Below are positions 9,994 to 21,888 of a DNA stretch of 64,000 bases, one piece after another. The position numbers were made by a program, and so were the translations under genes. Within the stretch, counting starts at the first letter, position 1. Each line of letters starts with the position of its first letter. The notes under the pieces are model-generated. The model saw only the letters and a list, made by a program, of their open reading frames with translations. It was not told where the DNA came from and searched no databases. Source of the stretch: Macrostomum lignano (Eukaryota); NCBI GenBank assembly GCA_002269645.1, contig NIVC01001549.1, forward strand, positions 186,001-250,000. The letters run 5' to 3'.

Positions 9994-12340
9994 TGCGTTT
10001 GCTGCGAAAACCGGTCACTAGGGAGATTTGGGCGATTTGTGAAATTAGTCACTTATTTTAGATCAACGAACTGTATGCTTATATTAATAAGTATTAAATG
10101 GTGGCTGAATACTGGAAAAACAGTTTAGCCAAAGTACTGTACAGTTCTGTGACTTGTACAGTAAATTGTAAACAGGTAATACACTGCCTACTATATTAGC
10201 AAGTACAGATGTACATAATTTATCGCAACCAGTGCAAACGCAGTAATAAAAAAATCAATAACAATATAGCAAATTCTACCCCATTTTTCCATGACCTGCT
10301 GTCTTTTGTCATACAGTTAAAAAAGAGGGGTTTGATTGCGTCTGAAAGAAACGTCTGAGCCTCAATTGCTGCATTTTCTGTGAACTTTTGTGGCTACTAT
10401 TTGCTGCAAGTTGTAAAGTTGTTTGCTTCAATAAGTTAGCTCGTACTAAGCAATTAAAATCCACTTTGTGTATTCCGAAAAATTTTAGGAGATCCGTCTG
10501 TCCATGCGAAATGAAGGTGCAAGGTAGACAGTTAAACCCATCGATAATGGATCACCGGACTGCAAACCCTTACAGGAATGAATCACCGAGGGTGAGCAGG
10601 TCTTACATGAGGACCAAAGTTTGTTGCAACATTCCTAACAAACGTCAATTCATGTTTTCTGGACTCGTCGAACTTAATATTACTTTTGATGAAAACAAGA
10701 TTCTCAGCTACGATTTGGACATTCAGAATGTTCCGCATGCTGGCCCTGGATCGGGAAAATGTAATAGCAGCTTTAAAACTGTTTGATTTATTTTATTTTG
10801 CTAGATTTTGCAGCTTAAGATGTTCATGACCGAATATTGGATAATTTTTTCTATTCATCTGAGTCAATCCACGAGCAACTAATCTTAGCTTGTCCAATGC
10901 TCCTATTAAAAGTCAAATCAAGGTTTCATAGATAAAATTCATATGCCCTCGTATGACATCTATGTACTCGTAAATTTGCATTCGTATAGCGTCCTATTGA
11001 TGATAAATAACAGAAAAATGTTATGAAAGCCGAGCGTCGAGGCGCATTTGTGCTTTTTCCATAGACGAACGAGTTTGAATGTAATACGTTCATGGTTTCA
11101 GAGGTCATTAATGTCTATGGCCTCAGGGCAGTGGACAAAATGGCACAGCTGATAGTACATTAATGGGTCATTGACAACCCACGCTTTAAGGGCGTTAATG
11201 GAAAAATCAGAGGGCTTAAATGTAATCTATGACATTAAAAGGCAAGAATAAGTGCCCAGCGGGCACAAAGGTCATGGTACAATATTTATTTACACATTGA
11301 TTATAAGGTGGTTACACAAGAATTCGGTGAGGTGTCCCATATAGAGAATTTAGGATCTACACTTTAGTCCCGCATTCGATCAATCCATGTATGGTCTTAT
11401 TTAGTTCTTTTAGCTTCCAAGTGCACGGGGATTGATACGCTCGTATTCTCTAGGTGTTTAAATATCCTTGTAAATCGTCCAAATAGGTGTAAATGATTCT
11501 TGGCTGGAACTCTGTACTCATACTCGTAGGTAGATATCTCTACACACGGGCATATATTTATATACCCAATTGTCAAAACCTCAAGTCAAACCCTTGAGTT
11601 GACTCCTATTATATGCTATGATCTGGACTGATATTGAGTGCTCAAAGGACGAGATACAGTTAGCCTGAGAAAGTTTTTTTCTTCCTGAAAAGATAGAGAC
11701 ATTTATTCTCATTTATAGCACATTCGTATTTTTTTACATTTTAGTATGCCCTCCTTTTAAAAGAATTGAGTCGAACTCCGATCACTATGCTCATGTTGGA
11801 ACTAGAAATGATCGCACTGTTTCAAGTGAAAAAATTGAGTTGTCGTCCAAAGTCGATTGCATCTCTGTGCTCCGCAGTTTCTTGCTCAGTGAAGAACTAC
11901 AGGCTGTAAGTTGATTTGTTGTTCAAGCTTTTAGAAAGATAACACACACACATATTCTATGTGACGTGACAACGGTGAATAGAAATTAGGCAAAGTTCGC
12001 TGTACCCAATAATTATCAACTTTGCCGAAATATGTTACTCGTACTTCGGTATGCATAACTAAACTAAGAACACTACTCATTACACAGCAGGAGGTAGGAT
12101 TCACTGAGCAACTAATTTGAAATTTGAGTTTTCCTATCTTCACTCTTTTACTTCTTTAATTAATTTGATGATATAAATGAACCTAAAGTCTACGAGTCTC
12201 GTACCTGCACTTTCTTCAGCATCCTCGCACTGGCCAGTAAGAGTTACAAAATTCTGAAGTCAGCTCGTATAGCTTCTCTAATCACATCGTTCTCAAGTTG
12301 ATTGACTCGATTCAATATCTTTTAGCTCTCCAAATTTTAG

Positions 12341-14472
12341 GCTTACATATTCCAACGCATCAGAAAATGGAGGATATCAATAAGTTGCAACAATCAAAGT
12401 GGAGTCCTCTATGGAGTAAACAGAGACGACAACATAAACACCATAGCTTGCAACAGCTCAGCAATTGTTCGGTTGTACAGACCAGATTTCTCAATTGAGA
12501 CGGTTGGTACAGGTGGATTTACTGCCTATTTCGATCGAATCACTCAGATCCGCGGTGAGTCCCATGCATTTTTAAAGTTGGTCAAGTTCTTCTCAGTTTA
12601 AATTTAAGTTTGGATTTTTATTCTAGATGGCGCAACCGACTGCAAAAGATTTGAAATCAGCCAAACTGCTCAAACGAGTGCCAGCCTGCCACTCCTGTAC
12701 ACGCAGACATTAGACCGCCACAGTAAGTACATGTGTATGTGTAACAATCAGGGGCGTCGCCACGGGGTGCAGGGGGGATATGTCCCCCCAGTAAATGCTA
12801 TGGGGGACATGCTAATGCCTTGTCCTCCCCACCCCACCTTTGTTGACCTGTTATGGAAATTAATATTTTGCTTCAGGGCCACAAAGCATAGTGCCTGCGG
12901 CGCTAAAATGACTGAATGCTGCACTAAAATGAGTGTCTGTGGCGCTAAAATGAGTGTCTGCGGCGCTAAAATGAGTGTCTGCGGCGCTAAAATGAGTGTC
13001 TGCGGCGCTAAAATGATCGCTAACAACACCGATTCTAAAAAATGTACATGTAGGAATTTAGTCATATACATGTACATGTGGAATTCTTGGCTTTGTCCCC
13101 CCACCATAAAATCCATGGCGACGCCCCTAGCAACAATACAAAATTGAGTCTCATTTACTCAAAAAACACAAAATTTGCAAATTTGATTTGGCTAATTTTA
13201 AACGTTCATCTTGCTTCTAGACTCATCAACAAAGCAGCATTTCTACTGCTCTTACTCACTCAGGCCGCCGAACGGCAGTGACCTCATCGTTGAACTGCGA
13301 ATGCCTTTCAGTAACGACCAGCTGGACCAATTCTGTCTAGAGATTAGCGCCCAAAGCATTCGACCGAAACTGATATTTATCATTACTAAACTGGATGGAA
13401 GCAAAACTTTGTTAAGCTTATGCAACAATAACATTCCTGGTGGCTTGTCAATGCAGAGCAATTTAAAAGTCTGGCAGGGTGAAAAACTAGAGATTGATAT
13501 CACAGTGGCTAAAATCTTTACAAATTGGAATAGGTCAGAGGATTCAGAGCGCCTCCTTCGATATAACTTCGATGTTGACGCTAATTTCATTGTGAGTCCA
13601 GGTGAGTTCTTGTTGGAGTAAATTAAAACACCAATCATATCGTAATATGCATATAACTTAACTCCGGTTGGATAACCTTTAGTGCAGGTCTGCACAAGAC
13701 TAACCAGCTCAAGTGAGCAGTGGCAGCTGAGCACAGACGGTACACAGATGCTCAACACTATGACAATCCCTCCTGACAACACTCAGACTGACTGCAATCT
13801 TCAACTGGATGCCTTCACCGCTGCTCGAATCATAAACAACACAAAACCCGCCAGTTCTGTGCGTGAAATCTCGAATTTATCGAAGGCAGATTGCTGGAAG
13901 CTGGAAGTGAAGCTGGACAAGTTCAGTACGGTTTGCGGACTCAAGCAGCTCGTGCTGACTGCGTCTCACTGGGACTCTCTGGCAGCGTCGGTCGAGCACA
14001 TGCAGCGAGAGGTCTGCGGCTCGAACTCGCAGTTCGAATTCAGCGTTGAGACCAGCCTGCAAGCGGAAGGCAGCGGAATGAGTCTCGCGTACAGCGGAGT
14101 GAGGTCCGGCTTCAGGGCTCGGTTCTCCATCTCAAGCTGCGGTCAGAGCTCTGCTCAGAGGGAGCAGCTGGTTGAGTCTCCAGGTTAGTAAAAATTTCTT
14201 CATAATTCTGAAAAAATTTTATCTGGCTTCACCAAACAGAAATCTCTTTTATTACAGCCTCCGTGCAATCAGCTTCCTCGTTCTTTATCTTCCTTGTGGT
14301 TTTGCTGTCTCTGGCAAATGTTTTTGTGTTGATTTTCATGTTTCGGAAAAACATTTGGCGACAAGTGACGCACTGGATCGATGCAGCACAGCAAAGACAA
14401 GCTGCCCAGCCTGTCTTGAACACATCTGAGGCAGATCATTTGAACCTTCTTTCTGATGTACAAGATACTTAA
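12341..14472 (+). CDS. CUB-like-domain type I membrane protein; 3' exons only, 5' end unresolved
   Basis: Phase-consistent GT-AG exons 12341-12554, 12627-12722, 13221-13601, 13683-14183 and 14258-14472 give 468 aa. CUB-like motifs are GGFTAYF, YCSYSLRPPNGSDLIVEL and EVCGS...SGFRARF. The TM segment FFIFLVVLLSLANVFVLIFMF is followed by RK and a short tail. Confidence 0.6.
12749..13129. mobile_element. hAT-type MITE (381 bp) in an intron
   Basis: 17-bp TIRs CAGGGGCGTCGCCACGG / CCATGGCGACGCCCCTA match 15/17. The 8-bp TSD GTAACAAT (12741-12748) / GCAACAAT (13130-13137) matches 7/8. An internal 21-bp tandem repeat GCGGCGCTAAAATGAGTGTCT is present. Confidence 0.85.
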
Positions 14473-15113
14473 TTTCGCTGAATTCCGATAAACTTCAACG
14501 AACCCCTGTCAGAATCTTTGATCGGCTGTTTGTCCTGCGTACTTACGCTTGTGGAGTAATATTATTTAATTGATGATATCAACCAATTGGCTTTTTCAAT
14601 TGATCTTCAATCTATGCTCCAGTACGAGCTACCAGCTTAATGATTGTGCAGAGACTCGTACCAGGATCTCACGAAACTGCTTCTCTGAATTTGAACTGCG
14701 TTGTTTTAAAGTCCTTTATTGGCGTTGGACGATCACCGATTTCACTATTAAAACTTATTAATTACATGTAACTAGTTGCAACTCAATTTAGTTTACTATA
14801 CATTATTCTGCTTTTCTAGTGCTTTATAATTTTTCTACGATGTCATTTTCGCAGTATCGAGATTTCCCAAAGTACAATAAAATAATAATCTGTATCTGTG
14901 TACGAACCCGAAATTTACTACCATGAAGTCTTAGCAAGAACCAGTATACCAGTGAAGAATTGTATGGCGAAATATTTTTGTTGCAACTTATAATTGACAA
15001 CTGCAAAATTCTATGCCAATATGATTGTCATTAACTTAATCAATGCAAGAAATTTGCGGGTAACAATGTGGAAATTTGCGGGCTCTATGTTAGAGATAGG
15101 CAGAAAGTTGAGA

Positions 15114-15820
15114 TAGTCTATGGTCGAAGGCTATTTTTTTCGGTGGATGGGCAAATCTTTGTGCCATAGACTAAACACTTTGATTGATCGAGAGGACAGG
15201 GCTAGGGAGCCGCGTTTTGAAGCAACGATTCTAGAAAGTTCTGTCTGTCTAATCAACTACTGACTAAGAATGTTGAACTATGCGAATCTGCCCGACCAAC
15301 TTATCAGCGGTCTGTCAACAGAGGAGTTGAATTGGCTGTCGTCAGAGTCAGCAACCCGCTATTTGGAAGAATTAAGTGGCGAGTTCGCTCGACAACTAGA
15401 CGCTCAAGAGATTCTGGACCTAAGCGAAGATGCGCTCGAGGAACTTAAAGAAATTGAACGAGAAGGAATCCCGAAGTCCTCTGAAAGACAGATGGCGGAC
15501 GCTGTGAGGAGGTTTCAAACGTTTTTGACTGATAAGCAATTGTCATCAGATCTGCAATCGTCGTGAACTTCAACGGGACCTTCCAGAATTGCTCGATTAA
15601 TCTAACTGGAGTTGGTAAGCAGTAGCTTGGAAAAAGTAAAACGTCGTCTGATTGAATGAACTAAACTAACAAGCCGAAAATTGTTGCGTTACTGTTACGA
15701 AATTATAAAAGTACGAAAGCGTAAAAGAAAACTAAATCATAATACGCGTAATCCTATAAAAGTATAATTTTTTTAAAATATAAAAGCATACTTGGTTGGA
15801 ACTTGTTTTACCATAGACTA
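15114..15820 (+). mobile_element. Small Crypton-like (tyrosine recombinase) non-autonomous remnant
   Basis: 11-bp inverted ends TAGTCTATGGT / ACCATAGACTA. The internal ORF 15270-15566 contains IPKSSERQMADAVRRFQTFL, resembling from memory the N-terminal motif of Crypton/DUF3504 proteins. No catalytic domain is present. Confidence 0.5.
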
Positions 15821-16953
15821 CGAAAATTCGAGACGAAATTTCATTCATTGATACCCCGAAAAGGGACACTTGAGCTAAGAAAAGTTAATGACAATGTTGC
15901 AACGTTATATAGTGAGGCACCTTACGTACATTTTTAGTTACAAATGACTGAAAATAATGGTTTTTTATTATTCAATATATTTTCTTCTCATTCTTGCTTA
16001 TTTAGTGTTCTACTACTGTAGGGCCCCTACAGTAGTCCCTACAGCTAAGGGATTAAGATAAGAAACTCTCCAAAGAATTGGGTTAGAAGGTTGGCCATAG
16101 ACATTGAGAAAAGTGAGAAAATGGTCATTCGCGTTCCTCCACTTGGCCATGTACATCAAAAACGGCAGCGGTCATTAATGGGTGCTTTCCACAAAAATTA
16201 GTCTTTCGCATGCTCGGGCTGCCTATTTTGAGGAATTTTTTAAAATAGATGGCGGGAAACTACTATCGTGTGCCAATAACCCTAAATCCTCGATCATTAA
16301 TGTCTTCGCGCCCTCGGCCAAAAGACATTAATGACCTCTGAAACCATGCTAGTATTACAATTGGTGAGATATTTTCTCCTTTACACTGACAAATAACCCC
16401 TCCTTTCTTCTCTGCTCTTCCGCAATTCGCTCCTTCGACTTCTGCACAAACTGCCTCTTTCGCCTAGCCAATAAGCATTCGAATCACAATTTTATGTATT
16501 AAAAAAGTTTATAAACCATTCAGATTTTGCTAAATTCCATTGTGATTAAAACCATACACAGTACTGAGCACTAACACTGGTTTTTAAAATGTCTGAAAAA
16601 TTATGTTTATAGCATCATCACGAAGTAAAATTTGTTTTATATTCTGCTGCTCTTCAAAAACACATTGTTATTATATTTCCAGGTTGCCCATTATTAATCC
16701 TTTAAAAAGGCGGTTATTCTTAATCTCGTACAGACAGGCAACGTCGTAAAAATAGGATTCCCTTAAATAGCTTCTGACGAAAGGCATACAGAAAGATGAA
16801 AAAAATTGCAAGGAGCCAGCATAGCAAGGATAGTAGCCAGTGGCGCGGAGACTGCTTAAAGGAAGTATTATAAAGGATACGCGATCGCGTCAGATAGACT
16901 GAAACGATTTCTTCTATAGCACTGGAAATTAATCAGACTGGCTAATAAACTGC

Positions 16954-17586
16954 TTAACTCACTTTCGCCGCTGACATTGTGCAGTGAAGTCCAGCTGCCT
17001 GAAGTCCAGAGCTCTGACCGCAGCCCGAGATGGAGAACCGAGCCCTGAAGCCGGACCTCACTCCGCTGTACGCGAGACTCATTCCGCTGCCTTCCGCTTG
17101 CAGGCTGGTCTCAACGCGGAATTCGAACTGCGAGTTCGAGCCGCAGACCTCTCGCTGACTGTGCTCGACCGACGCTGCCAGAGAGTCCCAGTGAGACGCA
17201 GTCAGCACGAGCTGCTTGAGTCCGCAAACCGTACTGAACTTGTCCAGTTTCACTTCCAGCTTCCAGCAATCTGCCTTCGATAAATTCGAGATTTCATGCA
17301 CAGAACTGGCGGGTTTGATGTTGTTTGCGACTAGAGCAGCGGTGAAGGCATCCAGCTAGGAGGGGTTGTTTGGCTCCACCCGTGGGGGTGGGTTTGCGGC
17401 GTTGGGGTGGGTGGTTGTGTTCTGTGCCTTTTTAGGCCTCGCCTTGAGCTGAAATCGCTTGTTCTCGCAGTTTTGAATTTTTAGGTGGATAGGTGAATAG
17501 AATTTAGGTGGATATATACTGGCTACAAGCAGGATCGAGAGCAAAATGCCCAGGCAATAAAAATCCGCACTAAACTGTCGCATCAT
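16954..17586 (-). pseudogene. Inverted partial paralog of the CUB-like exon, fused to a signal-peptide-like ORF, with one in-frame TAG
   Basis: 17355-17007 is a 349-bp inverted copy of 13805-14153. ORFs 17586-17356 and 17355-16954 share a frame and are separated only by the TAG at 17358-17356. Confidence 0.55.
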
Positions 17587-18373
17587 GTGGCAGTTGAATT
17601 TCTAATGCTCGTATTTCTGGCCACAAGTTTGAGGTTAGTTCCCAGTAAATTGCAGTATGCATGATGTTTATATTGTATAATAAAACTCCAATAAAGCATC
17701 AGTGGCTGGTGTCTCATCAAAGAAACTATTTCTGCCTGGAACTTTCTACATATATACTTCCTTAGCATTTGAACTACATATAAATGTTTTGTTTTGTTAA
17801 AAAAATAGATTTAATCAACAACAAGCTTTTTAGTCAGATTACGATACAATACATTGTATTTGCAATCTGGCAGGGTAAAGTTTCAGATTTTATGACTAAT
17901 TTCAAACCTCTGCAGCTTCTAAAAGAATTCGCTAAAACTTTATGTTATAGGATAACAAGGTTTTAATGCAATGAAAATTAGAAGATAACCAAAATATCCT
18001 GTTGCGATGTCGTGCTAAAATGTCTGGTACAAAAGCACCAATTTGCTGGCTGGCTGATAATTGCTGCCTGTCAATCTTCAGCGCTTCATCTTGCACAGTG
18101 TGGATGGAGAATGCATGTAGCTAACAGGCATTGGCCAGAGAAGAATTTTTGCTGAAAGTTGGTATTCGAAAAGTAATTAATTTTTTGCACAAGGGTTGTG
18201 GGCACCCTGGAGCAGTTTCTCTTCGATTTAGTGACATCTTCCCGAGAGGCAAAGCTGCCCACCCACTGATTCCTGAGCACATTACTCAGCAACAGTTTCA
18301 CCCTCCAAGCGACATGAAATTTTCTCACTTCACGAGTGACGCAGCTTACGGCACGCGCGAAGCTTATTGCCAC

Positions 18374-18694
18374 TTGGGTGTTGTCCAGGATGACTTAACG
18401 CGCCGCCACACCGAGCCGATGCTGTTAGTCAACTGAAAGAACAGCTACAGCTACAGCACTCTGCACTGGCCTTCCCGGTCTCCAGACATGAATCCCATCG
18501 AGCATGTTTGGGACTTCCTGAAACGCAGCATTCGAAAAATGAATCCACCACAGAATGTTGCGGAGCTGCGTCATGCCATTGAAAACGCTTGGCAGCAGCT
18601 TCCCCAGGACTTTCTGCCGCGCCTCATCCTGCAGGGGATGCCCCGCAGAGCCGCCGCACTTCTGCGTGCGAGGGGATCCCACACGCGTTGTTAA
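18374..18694 (+). pseudogene. Degenerate Tc1/mariner transposase C-terminal fragment
   Basis: WPSRSPDMNPIEHVWDFLKR...MPRRAAALLRARGSHTR. The upstream QDD(N)APPH motif is broken by a 2-nt insertion and a second frameshift. Confidence 0.88.
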
Positions 18695-19567
18695 GCATCG
18701 CGATATTCTAACTGAATATAGTATAAAAATGAAACTGTTGATTTTGTGCCACTGACGTTTGAACGTTTGACTGACAGTGAACAGTTGAAATAACTTCCTG
18801 CCTCATCAAAAACCGAACGATATCTTAAAGACTGAATGCAACATGACCAGAACTCTTTACTTAGAGAACTTTTCTCAGATTTATGTAGATGTACATGCAT
18901 CTTTTGAGAAGTTTTCAGCATTCTTATAATACATTAACTCTATGAAACATAGTACGATAGGCCTGATCTTCAGTAAATCGGCCAGATTTTAATAAGTATT
19001 ACGTATTTAACTTTATTTTAAAGTATAGAAGCACATATTGAGTTGTATCATTAGAACGATAACTATTGTAGCTTGAAGCTACGTTTTACGTGTATTTCTG
19101 TGCATTACCTTGAAACGTTTCTCATACGCAATTGCAAAACATACAAATGCACACGCATGTTTTGAAGCTTTGTATGACTGTTATAAAATGGTGGACGACG
19201 CTTTTTTAAAAACAGTACTCACTGCTCTATGCACTTCATCGAATAAGACAGCGTACTGCGACACTGCTTAAAATATACTTAAATGAAGTGTGGGCAGCGA
19301 ACAGAGCTAGTGATAGGGCTCTTACTAACCCCAGAGCTCTAAAAGTTTACAGCCAATGCAATTTCTAGCAAACAAATGAAAATGAAGAGGAAAACGATGC
19401 TTTAAAACAAAAGAAAAGTCATAGAAGAAACCATGCGAGTTAAAGCAGCCATATTACAACTATAATAAGTGATAGTTAGGCAAAATATTTTGGGAAAATT
19501 AAGTGACTCCGTACATAATCTTTTGCACTTGTAGTAACGAAGGTTATTAGAGAAAAAAATTCAGATC

Positions 19568-21244
19568 TTAGCGATGGTTCTTCGACCAGCGTACATGCGG
19601 AGCATCGTCGCTTTCCTCTGACAGATCTCTCTGGTGACTGTGGCTCTCTTTTTGTCTTCCATGTCGTGCTCTACGAGTGGCAGCAATGCAATCAGCGCAT
19701 TCAAACGTCTGTGCGTGCAACGACAAGGTCACATAGGGACATTGGAAAAGCATTTCCTGACGGCTCTGCGTTGGCTGCAGTCTGTTGCCTTCGCGGCACC
19801 AATGGCGTGGGCGAGAGGCTGCCGTCCTCCGATCTGAAATAGACGTTACCTGATCCCTCTTTTGCGACTTTTGAAATGCCGGTCTGTCTGAGTTATTCTG
19901 TAGACGATGCAGAATACTCGGTTGGACCAAACGAATCTCATCGTCTTCCTCACGGCACGTCTCATCGTCAGGCTCATCTTGATAAAATTTACCAATTTCA
20001 TAGGGCATTTTGCTCCTGTCTTGCCTTTCGTATCGCCTAATTCTTTCGGGCCACCCTAAGTCACTCGATGCATTATTTCCAGAATAAATTTTGTCCATTC
20101 GACGCTCTGGATGACGCAAGGTTTGCTCCAACTGCGGCTGTTCTTTTGCAGGAAATTCCAGAGTTCTCTTAGGTTTCTGTTTTGGTAGCTCTTGCCTCTG
20201 AGGCTGATGACTTTGTGGCTGCAGGACCGCAGACTGTTGAGGCTTCTGGCCTGACTGTCGAGTATTTACTGGTTTTCGTCGATCGTCAACGTAGATTTCG
20301 TTTTGGTTGGATACATTTTGCTCGTAGTCCCAGTTGGTGAAGTCGTTCCGTCGTTCATCCCTGTTGCTACGGCGAGACTGAGACTGCCGTTGCTGCTGCT
20401 GAGATTGTGGCAAATAATGCAGAGATGGTGAAAGCGGCATTGACGTCCGAGGAGACATTTCAGATTGCAGTGGCAAATTGTAGTCAGCGTTGCATTTTGG
20501 CTCTTTTTGCGGTCTCTGCAGCTGACGATGCTGCTTCCGGTTGGATGTGTTCTTGTTTTGTCTAGCGATTCTAGCAAACTTTTTGGCGTAATACTTTGGA
20601 TCAAAATTAGTTTGGTCATCGCTCATTTCCACTGAAGAATTATCCGACGCGGTGAGAGGAGAGAGAGCCACCTGGTAGGCAACTTTTGAGCTCTGCTGCT
20701 TTCCTCCGCTTCTTTCACATGGGTCTTTTGACATTAACTGCCGCATGTGAGGGCTGCACAGCTGCATGAAGCGGCCTTTCATCGATCCTCTTTGCTGGGG
20801 CTGAGCTGGCTTGCTTTGCTTATTTTGTAACAGCAAAGAATTTGAAGGCAGTCTGCCTGTCCTGCCGCTTAACAGGCTGCGATACTGCTCTTGGAAGAAA
20901 TCTTCGGAACCGCTAGAAACATTGCTGGCGTTGTCCTTGCCGATTGGACTACGCGGATTTCTGGGTCCGATGCTGCCCAGATTTATAAGTTCACCGCTTT
21001 CTTGACTGCTAAAGTCGCGGTCTCTACTGGCGCTTCTTTCAGAATAGGACAACGCCTCCTGTATTTCGTTTAGTCTACTCGGGTTCTGATCGTAATTGTT
21101 GCTAAAAGACTGCCCAGAAAGACGCGGGCGTCGCGTCTGGCACAATCGGCTGTCCAATTGGCTGCAGCCCTGCTGGCTGCCGTTTTGGCGTCGTCTTCTT
21201 CGGCCTCCAGCGGCGCGACACGAAGGTAGCACTTTTGTTGGCAT
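19568..21244 (-). CDS. Intronless Q/R/S-rich, probably disordered hypothetical protein (558 aa)
   Basis: Long uninterrupted ORF with an ATG start in AT-rich surroundings. No recognisable domain except a C-terminal CPYVTLSLHAQTFECADC motif. Confidence 0.65.
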   Translation of the reverse strand: MPTKVLPSCRAAGGRRRRRQNGSQQGCSQLDSRLCQTRRPRLSGQSFSNNYDQNPSRLNEIQEALSYSERSASRDRDFSSQESGELINLGSIGPRNPRSPIGKDNASNVSSGSEDFFQEQYRSLLSGRTGRLPSNSLLLQNKQSKPAQPQQRGSMKGRFMQLCSPHMRQLMSKDPCERSGGKQQSSKVAYQVALSPLTASDNSSVEMSDDQTNFDPKYYAKKFARIARQNKNTSNRKQHRQLQRPQKEPKCNADYNLPLQSEMSPRTSMPLSPSLHYLPQSQQQQRQSQSRRSNRDERRNDFTNWDYEQNVSNQNEIYVDDRRKPVNTRQSGQKPQQSAVLQPQSHQPQRQELPKQKPKRTLEFPAKEQPQLEQTLRHPERRMDKIYSGNNASSDLGWPERIRRYERQDRSKMPYEIGKFYQDEPDDETCREEDDEIRLVQPSILHRLQNNSDRPAFQKSQKRDQVTSISDRRTAASRPRHWCREGNRLQPTQSRQEMLFQCPYVTLSLHAQTFECADCIAATRRARHGRQKESHSHQRDLSEESDDAPHVRWSKNHR

Positions 21245-21888
21245 TGTTCACATTGAATTTCAAAGTTCGTGCTTAAGGCGAACTCTATAGTTTACTATGA
21301 GTTCTTCATCGGTGAGGCTTTTAAATTATTCACCATAGACTACTGATGGTTGTCTTCTAAATCTTATTATCATGAAAGTACGAATCTAAGGCTTCAAAAA
21401 AGGATGTCAACTTCGTCCGTAATAGGAATCGGAATATCAGAGCGGCTGTTTCGCTATCGGACTCAACTAGTGAACTGATGGGTGTCCTCGTAAAATAGGA
21501 AGTCCCTCCAAAAAGTCATGGCTTCAATTCATTTGCTGATACCTCCGCGAAAACGCATGATTTATGTTTTTTGCATAAAAACGATTACATCTTGTAGTTT
21601 TTGGGTGCAGTTAAATTATTTTTTTCTGAATAGAAAACATCAAACTGTAGGGTAATTTTGGGGCTTAGTAAGAGTGTTTTATACATATTACAGAGTTGAT
21701 TATAATACGGAGAATAGGTTAGTCGATAATCGATAGTAAGATGTGAAGGTAAATAAAATTTATTAAAGTGTTTGAACTAAAGAGCGGTAATTTAAATTTT
21801 CTGCTGGCAATACCTATCATAGTCGCTTTATGTCTGCCAATGGATTTCATCAATTATTAAAGATGGAGCATGGCAAAAAACAACTATT

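Noticed and set aside
11340-11560. Possible tyrosine-recombinase fragment on the minus strand (ICPCVEIS..YRVP...LF)
   Set aside because: The resemblance is too short and weak, and no catalytic residues are identifiable.
16770-16800. Hammerhead ribozyme core (CTGACGA...GAAA)
   Set aside because: No stem II can form between the two motifs.
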